Of a stretch of 64,000 nt of DNA, positions 51,637-59,800 are shown one piece after another (the stretch's first letter is position 1; each line of letters starts with the position of its first letter). Made by a program: the position numbers and the translations under genes. The stretch is taken from the IMG/VR virus record IMGVR_UViG_3300023174_000033, positions 310,001 through 374,000 of that record. One strand, written 5' to 3'. The notes below the pieces were generated by a model. That model had not been told where the DNA came from, searched no databases, and saw only the letters and a list, made by a program, of their open reading frames with translations.

Positions 51637-51659
51637 GTATATATCATGAAATTTCCAAA

Positions 51660-52814
51660 ATGGATAAAAATTATTTAAAAAATTGTGTTCAAGACGTACT
51701 TAACAAAGAATTCAAGTCAATCAATAAAAGAAAGATTAATGAATTCAGTGATAGGTTGAATTTCGCTTGCACTTATTGTGGAGACTCAAAATCCGAATAC
51801 AAAAAAAGAGGTAATCTTTATTTCAATAAACTACTTTACATTTGTTTCAACTGTGGTAAAAAAACCAATTTTGATAAGTTTACAAAAGACTTTGGATTGA
51901 GATTAGATCCAGATAAAAAGTTAGAGATAATTGAACATTTGAATTCGCAAATTTCCTTACAAGATGCCGAGGAGGATTTGATGGAAACTGAATTAAATAA
52001 ATTAATTGATTTTACCGAAGTAGAGAGGATATTCAACAATGGTGAAAATGTAATTACAGATTTTAGACCAATTGAGAAAAGAACTGGATTATATCAGTAC
52101 CTAATCAACCGAGGCATACCTGAAAATTTACATAGTAATATTTATGGGGGAAAATATTGGGTCAATGAGGATAAATTTGAACCAGTTCTGATCTTGTTAA
52201 ATCGTAAGGGTTCAAAAATACTTGGTTGCCAAATAAGAAATCTTAAAGATGGTAGGAGAAGAATTTTTAAAATCTATAATTATGAAACCCTATACAAATG
52301 GATTACTGGATTAGATGAGATTGTAGACATTGATGCGAATCAATTAGTAATTTATAACAAATTAAGTTATTACTTTAATATCCTTAATGTAGATTTTAGT
52401 GAGAAAATTACTATATTTGAAGGTTATTTGGATTCACTTTTCTATCCAAATAGTATTGGTGTAGTTGGTGTAAATACGGATATGAAATTCCTTGAAAATA
52501 ATCAACTTGATCTACAGTATTTCTATGATAATGACCAAGCCGGTTATTTAAAATCCGAACAAAAATTAAGATTGGGTTATTCAGTTTTTCTTTGGAAGAA
52601 GCTATTTGAGGACATTGTTGATAAAAAGAATCCAACAGACCCATATTCCCTTTTGTATAGAATTTCAAAAGTAAAAGATTTGAATAAACTTGCCGAATTG
52701 TCTCCGAATCCCTATAGTAAATTTGAGTTGAATAAGTTTTTCTCAAAAGATATAATGGATTTGAAGTGGATTCCAAAAAAAGAAAAGAGGAAATTCAACC
52801 GAGTAATTCTTTGA
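51660..52814 (+). CDS. DNA primase, T4 gp61-like
   Basis: Zinc ribbon CTYCGDS...KKRG...CFNCG; TOPRIM FEGYLDS, YDND and KDLN. Confidence 0.9.
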   Translation: MDKNYLKNCVQDVLNKEFKSINKRKINEFSDRLNFACTYCGDSKSEYKKRGNLYFNKLLYICFNCGKKTNFDKFTKDFGLRLDPDKKLEIIEHLNSQISLQDAEEDLMETELNKLIDFTEVERIFNNGENVITDFRPIEKRTGLYQYLINRGIPENLHSNIYGGKYWVNEDKFEPVLILLNRKGSKILGCQIRNLKDGRRRIFKIYNYETLYKWITGLDEIVDIDANQLVIYNKLSYYFNILNVDFSEKITIFEGYLDSLFYPNSIGVVGVNTDMKFLENNQLDLQYFYDNDQAGYLKSEQKLRLGYSVFLWKKLFEDIVDKKNPTDPYSLLYRISKVKDLNKLAELSPNPYSKFELNKFFSKDIMDLKWIPKKEKRKFNRVIL

Positions 52815-53061
52815 GATTGTCTTTCCTATTTTCCATTTGTTCTAATCTTTTCATGAAATCAGGATTCTCAACAAGTTTATCAATTAACAATCCTTCAGTC
52901 AATTTAAGGGAGGAACTTTCAAAACCCATATCAAGTTTATATTCAAATCCCAAACATTCTATTTTGTATGTGTACCAATAATTTTCTTTATCAAATTCTT
53001 CCGTAATGGTTGAATATTCAAGTATTTTTTTTCTTAAATATTTGAAAACATTCCTTTTCAT
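52795..53061 (-). CDS. Hypothetical protein
   Basis: 88 aa; C-terminal RKDNLKELLG. Confidence 0.5.
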   Translation of the reverse strand: MKRNVFKYLRKKILEYSTITEEFDKENYWYTYKIECLGFEYKLDMGFESSSLKLTEGLLIDKLVENPDFMKRLEQMENRKDNLKELLG

Positions 53062-53538
53062 TTAAATAAATGGATGTCTAACCTTTCTGAATTTTTCATT
53101 TTTACTCCTTAAGTACGCATAAAAATCTGCATCACCTCTATCACTATTACATTTAAGACAACAGACCACTAAATTTACTTGAGTATTATTCCCACCTTTG
53201 GAAATAGGAATGATATGATCAGTATTAGCATTTGTTTGAGTTAATTTCGTATTACAATAAAGACATTTTACATTTTTATTTTTATTTAAAAAGTCTTTAG
53301 CAAATCCACTTGTTCTTCTTTTAACTTTTTTATCGTATTTCTTTAGTCCAATTACTACAATACGTTTTGTAAGTTTGATTTTTTTCCTAAAAATCAAACA
53401 TTTTCTATAGTTTTTATTAAGCCCAACAAGTATATTTAACACAAAAGACCATCTTCTATAAAATTCCCATTCAACAGAAATATAATGCTCATCTTTTTTG
53501 AACAAAATTTCTTTGAATATTTTTAAAACACTACTCAA
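53062..53538 (-). CDS. HNH endonuclease
   Basis: CLYC...DHIIPISKGG.N...NLVVCCLKCNSDRG. Confidence 0.85.
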   Translation of the reverse strand: MSSVLKIFKEILFKKDEHYISVEWEFYRRWSFVLNILVGLNKNYRKCLIFRKKIKLTKRIVVIGLKKYDKKVKRRTSGFAKDFLNKNKNVKCLYCNTKLTQTNANTDHIIPISKGGNNTQVNLVVCCLKCNSDRGDADFYAYLRSKNEKFRKVRHPFI

Positions 53539-53591
53539 AATTCATTTTTTATTTATTTTTATAAGTTTATATATATCAAAAAACGGTTTAT

Positions 53592-53888
53592 ATGGCGTAT
53601 AATAAGTCTGAATTTTCTTGGTCGGAAGCTTTTTCAAATGGAAATGGAAAAACCTCTGGAACCGCTATCTGTGGTATAGTAATCTGTTTTTCAGGAACAT
53701 TGTGTTTTATTTTGGGATGTATTGATAAAATGTTTTTTACAAGCACTATTGATATAGTAAGTCAATCAATATTGTTTGTTGGAATTGGAGCCGGTCTTCT
53801 TGGTGTAAGGAAGGTCGTGGATTCAAAGCGGAGTTCTGAAAGTTCTTCCGATGTTGAGGGGGAACCCACCGAACTAATTAATGGATAA
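53592..53888 (+). CDS. Two-TM membrane protein (holin-like?)
   Basis: Two hydrophobic helices and a charged C-tail. Confidence 0.5.
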   Translation: MAYNKSEFSWSEAFSNGNGKTSGTAICGIVICFSGTLCFILGCIDKMFFTSTIDIVSQSILFVGIGAGLLGVRKVVDSKRSSESSSDVEGEPTELING

Positions 53889-53892
53889 AGTT

Positions 53893-53920
53893 AAAAAACC
53901 TCTCAATTGAGAGGTTTTTT
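53893..53920. terminator. Bidirectional terminator
   Basis: AAAAAACCTCTC-AATT-GAGAGGTTTTTT. Confidence 0.85.
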
Positions 53921-53921
53921 A

Positions 53922-54272
53922 TTATCTTTGTCTTCTTTGTCTTTTTGATTCCAATATCACTTTACCTTGGATAATATCTAAAACTTTTCTTTCAGCTTCG
54001 GCCATTGCTGGATAACCACCTTCAAATGAAATCTTCTGATGTTTTCCTTCTTCATTTGCAACTAAAAAAGCTTTTCCATCAAATTCTGATGGCATTGAAA
54101 TAGTAAATCCATTTATTTTAACTTCAGAAATTTGACCTTTACTTAATTTCTCAAGTTCTGACATTTCTTCTTTTTTAATTTGATACATATTTGGATCCAT
54201 TGGTGGTGTTTTCATAGATTCTTCATCCGAATCGTAATTGTAGAACTCATTGAATTTTTTTAAATTATTCAT
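53922..54272 (-). CDS. Hypothetical protein, probable internal virion protein
   Basis: MNNLKKFNEF N-terminus; TAATATATA upstream. Confidence 0.55.
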   Translation of the reverse strand: MNNLKKFNEFYNYDSDEESMKTPPMDPNMYQIKKEEMSELEKLSKGQISEVKINGFTISMPSEFDGKAFLVANEEGKHQKISFEGGYPAMAEAERKVLDIIQGKVILESKRQRRQR

Positions 54273-54302
54273 AGTAATATTTTTTTTTTATATATTATTT
54301 TT

Positions 54303-54584
54303 TTAGAAATCAAAAAAATCATCGTCAATTTTGGGTCTTTCGTTATTTTCAAATGTTAAATTAAACTCTTCATCAAATAAATCATCAATTTTAATTTCTC
54401 TGTCAATTGATTTATATTGATTATCAATTTTTTCTTTTAAAACCGAATTCATAGAGTATCTAAATTTGAATTGTTCAAATAAACTTTGTGAGATTTTTGA
54501 TAATTCTTTTAAACCATTACTCATTTTTCTTTCATCCAGCCAAAGTAAATATTTAGGATATAGTTCATCATCTTTTATGGACAT
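54303..54584 (-). CDS. Hypothetical protein
   Basis: 93 aa; DREIKIDDLF motif. Confidence 0.5.
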   Translation of the reverse strand: MSIKDDELYPKYLLWLDERKMSNGLKELSKISQSLFEQFKFRYSMNSVLKEKIDNQYKSIDREIKIDDLFDEEFNLTFENNERPKIDDDFFDF

Positions 54585-54648
54585 TAATTGTAAATAATTT
54601 TTTATTTATATAATTTTTTTTGTATACGATTTATTTAATATATATTTT

Positions 54649-55437
54649 ATGGAACAATATTATGACCAAAAAACACTAGGTATCTCTAAACCATATAGAG
54701 ATCATTTCAATAACGATTCTTTTGAGCTTTTCAGAATACATTATCCAAATCTTTATGAAATATTTCCAAATGGATATAGACTTATTTACAAAGATTCACA
54801 AAAAACTGTAAACTCACTTTTTAATAAATTAGGCACAAACTACTCTGCTTATACCTATTTGGTTAATAGTACAATCGAACAAATGGTTAAGACTGGTGTT
54901 GTTGGAAATTCTAGTGAAATAAATCCCTTACAAGAAGATGGGTATAATTCAATAATTGATTATTTAAAGAACAATAAAGAATTCTTTAGTAGTCTTCTTC
55001 CAGAAATGGGTAAGTTAATCAATAGGTCAACTGTTATCGGAGATAGAGCAGAAGTGAGTGCTGAAGAAGTTCTTCGTAAAATATTTGGAAAAGATGTTGA
55101 AATAAGACACACTGCTGGCCTTGGACAAATGGAAGATACCCATGGTGGAAAAGATAGAGTAATTATAAAGAATGGACAGGCATATAATGTTCAAATTAAA
55201 GTTTGTGCAGGAATTGATGAAGAAAATGGAACTTATTATATCAAACATTTAGGTGCTAAATTGTACCCTAACGTAGATATTATGGTTTTCAAAAGAGGAA
55301 ATTGGTTTTATGCTTTTAGAGCAAAAGATGCAAGAGGTATCACAACATTAGAAATATTGGGTAATAGAGAAGGTTATATGATTCCTTCAATTCACAAAAT
55401 TCTGGCGACTAAATTAGAACCCGCTAAAAATATCTAA
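54649..55437 (+). CDS. Putative PD-(D/E)XK (QxK-type) endonuclease
   Basis: G...E...DTHGGKD.......VQIK. Confidence 0.4.
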   Translation: MEQYYDQKTLGISKPYRDHFNNDSFELFRIHYPNLYEIFPNGYRLIYKDSQKTVNSLFNKLGTNYSAYTYLVNSTIEQMVKTGVVGNSSEINPLQEDGYNSIIDYLKNNKEFFSSLLPEMGKLINRSTVIGDRAEVSAEEVLRKIFGKDVEIRHTAGLGQMEDTHGGKDRVIIKNGQAYNVQIKVCAGIDEENGTYYIKHLGAKLYPNVDIMVFKRGNWFYAFRAKDARGITTLEILGNREGYMIPSIHKILATKLEPAKNI

Positions 55438-56645
55438 AACAACACTTAGTCTTTTTGTGATTAGTGGCATACCAAGTGGTTCAATAATTGAATTTATTGG
55501 TGAGAGAATACACTTTTCAAATTGAGTATCCAAGTCAATCTCGGGAGCCATTTCTATTGGATAAGATCCTCTTATAAAAGCAAAAACTTCATTAACACTT
55601 TTATCTTTACAGTAATAATATTTGATTTTATCACCAGATTTAATGTATTCGTATTTGTTTTGTAAAGCTTTATTCTTATTTAATAAGAAATTGTGATAAG
55701 CAGAAGCCTTTACAGCAAAGTGGGCACCACTTACAAATTCTAACTTATCCTTATCGTTCAATACTTTTTCACCATACTTTGAACAAGATGATTGCATACA
55801 AATCTCATCAATTCTATCAGGAACACATAGGTCAAACTCTTTTTTAAGGTTCTTTACAAGTTTTAATAACTCCTTTATATTAAATGAGTCAGGATGCTCA
55901 AAAAGATATTTAACAATACCAATAATCTTATCCCTTGCAAATAGTGGTGTTGATGATCTAACAAGTTCTACACCTTTTGGGAAGATATATGACATCCTAT
56001 CATAAGGAATTCCATCTTCATATACAATATGTTGAATATACTTTTTCTTTGCAATAGAAATAATAGATTCGGAAATCCTTTCAAGTTCAAAATCTTGTTT
56101 ATTCTCAACTCCGTAAGTAGCAGCATGTTCATCTAAACACTTTTTGAAATATCCAGCATATCTATTTTTATCAAGAGCATGGATAAAATCTAACTCTGAT
56201 GAATATTGATGTTTCCACTCACAATGATCCATTGCTGGTTTGAATGATACAAATAATGAATCAGTATCTGCATAAATAGAAACTTCTTCACCCCTTGGAA
56301 TTGGTGTGACATTTTTAAGGTTCATTGCTTGGTGAAGTTCTGTATCTAAGTGCCATTGATTATACCAATAGTCCTCATTTACTTGGTTCATTGTTTGAGT
56401 AAGATTACGACCTTCTGCTGTGATTGTACCAGCTACATAGTTGTTAAACAAAATGAAATAAGGTGCGGCGAATGCTCCGTCCTGTGGTGCCCCCTCACCC
56501 GAAGATGAGGGGGCTAAAAGTAGGACCCATTAAGTACGAGCTTCAATCCGGTCTGTAAAGCGTTGTAATATTCAACATCCCTTTTAAGTTCCGAAGCTTG
56601 TCTTTTTAGGTCCTCTAATTTTTTAATTTTTGACTCTTTTGACAT
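55414..56645 (-). CDS. Family-B DNA polymerase C-terminal subunit (fingers-palm-thumb), interrupted by a 41-nt element: join(56645..56520, 56478..55414), 396 aa
   Basis: The 5' part MSKESK...QTGLKLVLNGSY and the 3' part GAFAAPYF...ITAEGR together give motif B. Motif C YADTDS, KKKY and KGVELVRSSTP are present. Confidence 0.85.
56479..56519 (-). other. 41-nt intervening element (mini-intron or ribosomal bypass sequence) in polymerase motif B
   Basis: TTTTA-GCCCCCTCATC-TTCG-GGTGAGGGGGC-ACCAC-AGGAC. It has an in-frame TAG, an 11-bp cUUCGg hairpin and an AC terminal repeat, and its removal restores TAC GGA (YG). Confidence 0.8.
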
Positions 56646-56711
56646 AGGAATTTTATAAAAAAACACCGAAAAGTTTAACAGGAACCCATGGGGCTTTTAT
56701 ATATATATCTT

Positions 56712-57563
56712 ATGCTTAAATCAGAAAAAATAACAATACCAATATCATATAGAAATGTAAGTCACTACATGAAATTGGGTTATGATGCTAAAATAAATCA
56801 AGACTTGGAAATTTATGTCAAAGACTTACCAGCAGTATCCCATGTGAAGATAAATGTCATTTGTGAAATTTGTAAAATAGAAAAGAATTTGATGTATTGT
56901 AAATATTTAAAAAATAAAAGCATGCATGGGTTTTATGGATGTAAATCTTGTTCGAGACAAAAAGCAGTTCTTACTAGTAGACAGATGTACGGCGTAGATA
57001 ATTGGATGCAGTTAGAAGAATCAAAAAAAATTATAAGTCAAAGAAATATAGAAAAGTATGGTGTTAAAACTACATTATTAGTAAGTGAAACTCAGGATAA
57101 AATATCCAAAACCATGATGTCAAAATATAATACCGATAAATGGTATGAAATAAGAACTCCGAATACGAAAAAATTTGTTTTCAAAAATTTAGAATCCAAG
57201 GAATTCATATTTGAAAATCCAGAGGAACAATATGTAGATATTTATGATGAAAATTACTACACTTATAGAACTGAAGTAAGGAGAATAACAAAGAGGAATC
57301 AAAAAAAATTGTTCAAAGAGTGGGATGGTTACGATCATTATGATGGTGAATACATTAAGGAAAACTTAACATTAACACCGAATCATAAAGATTATCCATC
57401 AGTAGACCACAAAATTTCCATTTATCATGGATACAAAAATAATTTACATCCAACAATAATAGGGGATTTATCAAATTTATGTATAACTAAAATTAAGATA
57501 AATTCAGCTAAAAGGGATTTGATAGAGGAACAATTCTTACAAATTTTTCAAACTCCAAAATAA
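56712..57563 (+). CDS. Free-standing HNH-type (homing) endonuclease with a zinc ribbon
   Basis: CEIC...CKSC, YGVDN/KYGV repeats and a C-terminal SVDHKISI..G......IG..SNL.......NSAK. Likely ATG at 56712. Confidence 0.7.
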   Translation: MLKSEKITIPISYRNVSHYMKLGYDAKINQDLEIYVKDLPAVSHVKINVICEICKIEKNLMYCKYLKNKSMHGFYGCKSCSRQKAVLTSRQMYGVDNWMQLEESKKIISQRNIEKYGVKTTLLVSETQDKISKTMMSKYNTDKWYEIRTPNTKKFVFKNLESKEFIFENPEEQYVDIYDENYYTYRTEVRRITKRNQKKLFKEWDGYDHYDGEYIKENLTLTPNHKDYPSVDHKISIYHGYKNNLHPTIIGDLSNLCITKIKINSAKRDLIEEQFLQIFQTPK

Positions 57564-58888
57564 TTAAAAGGTGTTATCAATTTCAATTCATTTTTAACAG
57601 AATCACTAACCTTTAACCCTTCAATAAAGTTCCAAATATCTGACCTTTCAATTTTATCCCTACCTCTAGTTAAATCCTTGAGAGCTTCATAAGGTTTTGG
57701 ATATTTTTCCCTCCTTAGAATTGTTTGGATTCCTTCAGATATAACTACCCAATTGTTTTCCAAGTCTTCATCTATTTTTACCTTGTTGATTACTAATTTA
57801 TCCAAACCTTTCATTATAGAATTAAAGCTTATTTTAATATGTGACATTGGTACACCAATATTTCTCAAAACTGTGGAATCAGTTAAATCCCTCTGTAACC
57901 TACTAATAGGTAACTTTTCTGACAAGTGATTCAGTAAGGAATTGGAAAGTCCTAGATTGCCTTCAGCATTTTCAAAATCAATTGGATTTACTTTATGTGG
58001 CATTGCTGATGATCCAACCTCACCTTCTTTTAACTTTTGTTTGAAATAATCCATTGAAATATACTGCCAAATATCTTTACACAAGTCCAAAAGGATAACA
58101 TTTATTCTTTTTAGGTTATCAAATAGAGCTGAAAGATTGTCATAATGTTCAATTTGTGTGGTATACTGATATCTCTTCAAACCCATACTTGATAGAAATT
58201 CGTTTGAGAATTTAACCCAATCAACATTTGGATAAGCTACAATATGAGCATTGAAATTTCCGGTAGCTCCGCCAAATTTTCCACGAAATTTAATTTGTTC
58301 AATCATTTCAAGCTGATTTTTTAACCTTTCTACAAAGACCATAAGTTCCTTGCCCATTCTTGATGGAGATGCTGGTTGACCATGAGTCCTTGTTAGTATC
58401 ACTATATCATTTGTATCTTCTGCTAGTGATTCAATCTTATCAATTAACTTATGTAAATCAACAATATAGATATTTTGAAACCATTTTCTAATCATTAGAG
58501 GTATAGCTGTATTGTTAATATCTTGTGAGGTAAGTCCAAAATGAACGAATTCTTTATACTCACCCAAACCTACGGTATTAATTTTTTCTTTTAGAAAATA
58601 TTCAAGAGCTTTTACATCATGATTTATTTCTTTTTCAATTTTTTTGATTAGAAAAGCTTCTTCAAGATCAAAATTATTGTAGATGCTTTTTAGTTGGTTT
58701 CGTTGTACATCTTCAAGTATAAAATCAGAGATAATTTTTTTATCAAATAGTAAAATAAAGTATTCAATTTCAACATACAATCTCCATTTTAATAATGCAA
58801 ATTCAGAGAAATAACTTGATAAAGGTTTGGTTTGACTATTATATCTGCCATCTATGGGTGATATATTGAGTAATTCATTATAATCCAT
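57548..58888 (-). CDS. purB: Adenylosuccinate lyase
   Basis: ISPIDGRY, NHDVKA, HFGLTSQDIN, RTHGQPA, GSSAMPHKVNPIDFEN and SRLQRDLTDSTV. ATG at 58888. Confidence 0.95.
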   Translation of the reverse strand: MDYNELLNISPIDGRYNSQTKPLSSYFSEFALLKWRLYVEIEYFILLFDKKIISDFILEDVQRNQLKSIYNNFDLEEAFLIKKIEKEINHDVKALEYFLKEKINTVGLGEYKEFVHFGLTSQDINNTAIPLMIRKWFQNIYIVDLHKLIDKIESLAEDTNDIVILTRTHGQPASPSRMGKELMVFVERLKNQLEMIEQIKFRGKFGGATGNFNAHIVAYPNVDWVKFSNEFLSSMGLKRYQYTTQIEHYDNLSALFDNLKRINVILLDLCKDIWQYISMDYFKQKLKEGEVGSSAMPHKVNPIDFENAEGNLGLSNSLLNHLSEKLPISRLQRDLTDSTVLRNIGVPMSHIKISFNSIMKGLDKLVINKVKIDEDLENNWVVISEGIQTILRREKYPKPYEALKDLTRGRDKIERSDIWNFIEGLKVSDSVKNELKLITPFNYFGV

Positions 58889-58889
58889 A

Positions 58890-59669
58890 TCAATCTGTTG
58901 AAAAATCTTGTTCAAATGATAACATAAGATTTGATTCATCATCTTTTATAAGAATGAAGTTTTCAAATATGTTGAATTTTATATCTCCCTTATCTAAATC
59001 AATATTAGATAAGTATTTCTTGTTAAACATAATGTGTTGATTTGAAACTTGAACATCATCAACCTCCAATTCCCATTTTGAAATTTCGCTAAAAAAAACT
59101 TTGTTGGTTTGAACATTGATGTTGAGAATTCTATCTTCGTTATTGATTGTAGAAAGTTTTTTTATACTAGTGAAATCTTCCAAACTCACTGTGAAATTCC
59201 ATTTAGATTTTTTCAAATCAAGTTTGGTGTCAATGAATTTCTTATTCAAGTCTCTTATTTTGTGCAATTCAGCTCCTATTGATGAAATCTTTAATTTACC
59301 ATTATGTAAGTGAATAGTTCTAATTTGAAATAAGTTATCTTCATCAGGTACTGTTTTAGCACTTAATTCAAGTTTTATGGATTTTTTTGGGTCAAAGAAT
59401 TTTATATTCTTTACGAATTTAGATGAAGATGTTAAAACAAAATCGTAATTCTCTTCCTCCTCAAAGTTTGAGATATACGTTTTAGTATCCAATAAAAAAC
59501 ATTTCATAGCGGAAACTTGTCCCTCATTACCCAAGATTGAGTAAATCAAGATATGGTCTTTTGAAATTTTCATCTTTATTGTATCTTCAATTCCGGTTAG
59601 ATCTTGTAATTTATCCACAAAAGCGAGGAAATTATCAGAGTTCATAATAAGATTCAGTTTTTTCAACAT
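58890..59669 (-). CDS. Sliding clamp / polymerase processivity factor (gp45/PCNA-like)
   Basis: 259 aa two-domain alpha/beta pattern, in the same strand run as the polymerase. Confidence 0.5.
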   Translation of the reverse strand: MLKKLNLIMNSDNFLAFVDKLQDLTGIEDTIKMKISKDHILIYSILGNEGQVSAMKCFLLDTKTYISNFEEEENYDFVLTSSSKFVKNIKFFDPKKSIKLELSAKTVPDEDNLFQIRTIHLHNGKLKISSIGAELHKIRDLNKKFIDTKLDLKKSKWNFTVSLEDFTSIKKLSTINNEDRILNINVQTNKVFFSEISKWELEVDDVQVSNQHIMFNKKYLSNIDLDKGDIKFNIFENFILIKDDESNLMLSFEQDFSTD

Positions 59670-59800
59670 ATATTTTAATATATTTTTTTACAAAAAGGTT
59701 TAGTTGAAAAAAAAGGTTTTAGATTCCAATTATTAGCTAGGAACCAAGAATATGAAAATTAGTTTTTAATATATAATTCCGTAAAACTACTATCATTTAA

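Larger units (their letters stand above)
4313..59775. promoter_or_regulatory. Recurrent TAATATATA motif (probable phage late promoter), at least 18 copies
   Basis: Plus strand: 5531, 19012, 31749, 34041, 41435, 47983, 54636, 59767. Minus strand: 4313, 5075, 9804, 13703, 14816, 16922, 18965, 20867, 37255, 54289. Each lies about 4-30 nt upstream of a co-oriented start codon. Confidence 0.75.

Noticed and set aside
55414-56451. ORF-track start (TTG 56451) for the polymerase
   Set aside because: It would omit the KxxxNxxYG motif, which is encoded upstream across the insert.
56489-56514. Polymerase hairpin as an ordinary terminator
   Set aside because: There is no U tract after the stem on either strand, and it lies between two halves of one conserved motif.
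56514-56516. TAG recoding (genetic code 15) as the explanation for the polymerase stop
   Set aside because: Reading through the TAG stays in the wrong frame (PPHLRVRG...) and soon meets another TAG. ORFs elsewhere are intact under code 11, and gmk ends in TAG.
56479-56526. Archaeal-type bulge-helix-bulge intron
   Set aside because: None of the three possible junction registers gives a 4-bp central helix with cuts 2 nt 3' on both strands.
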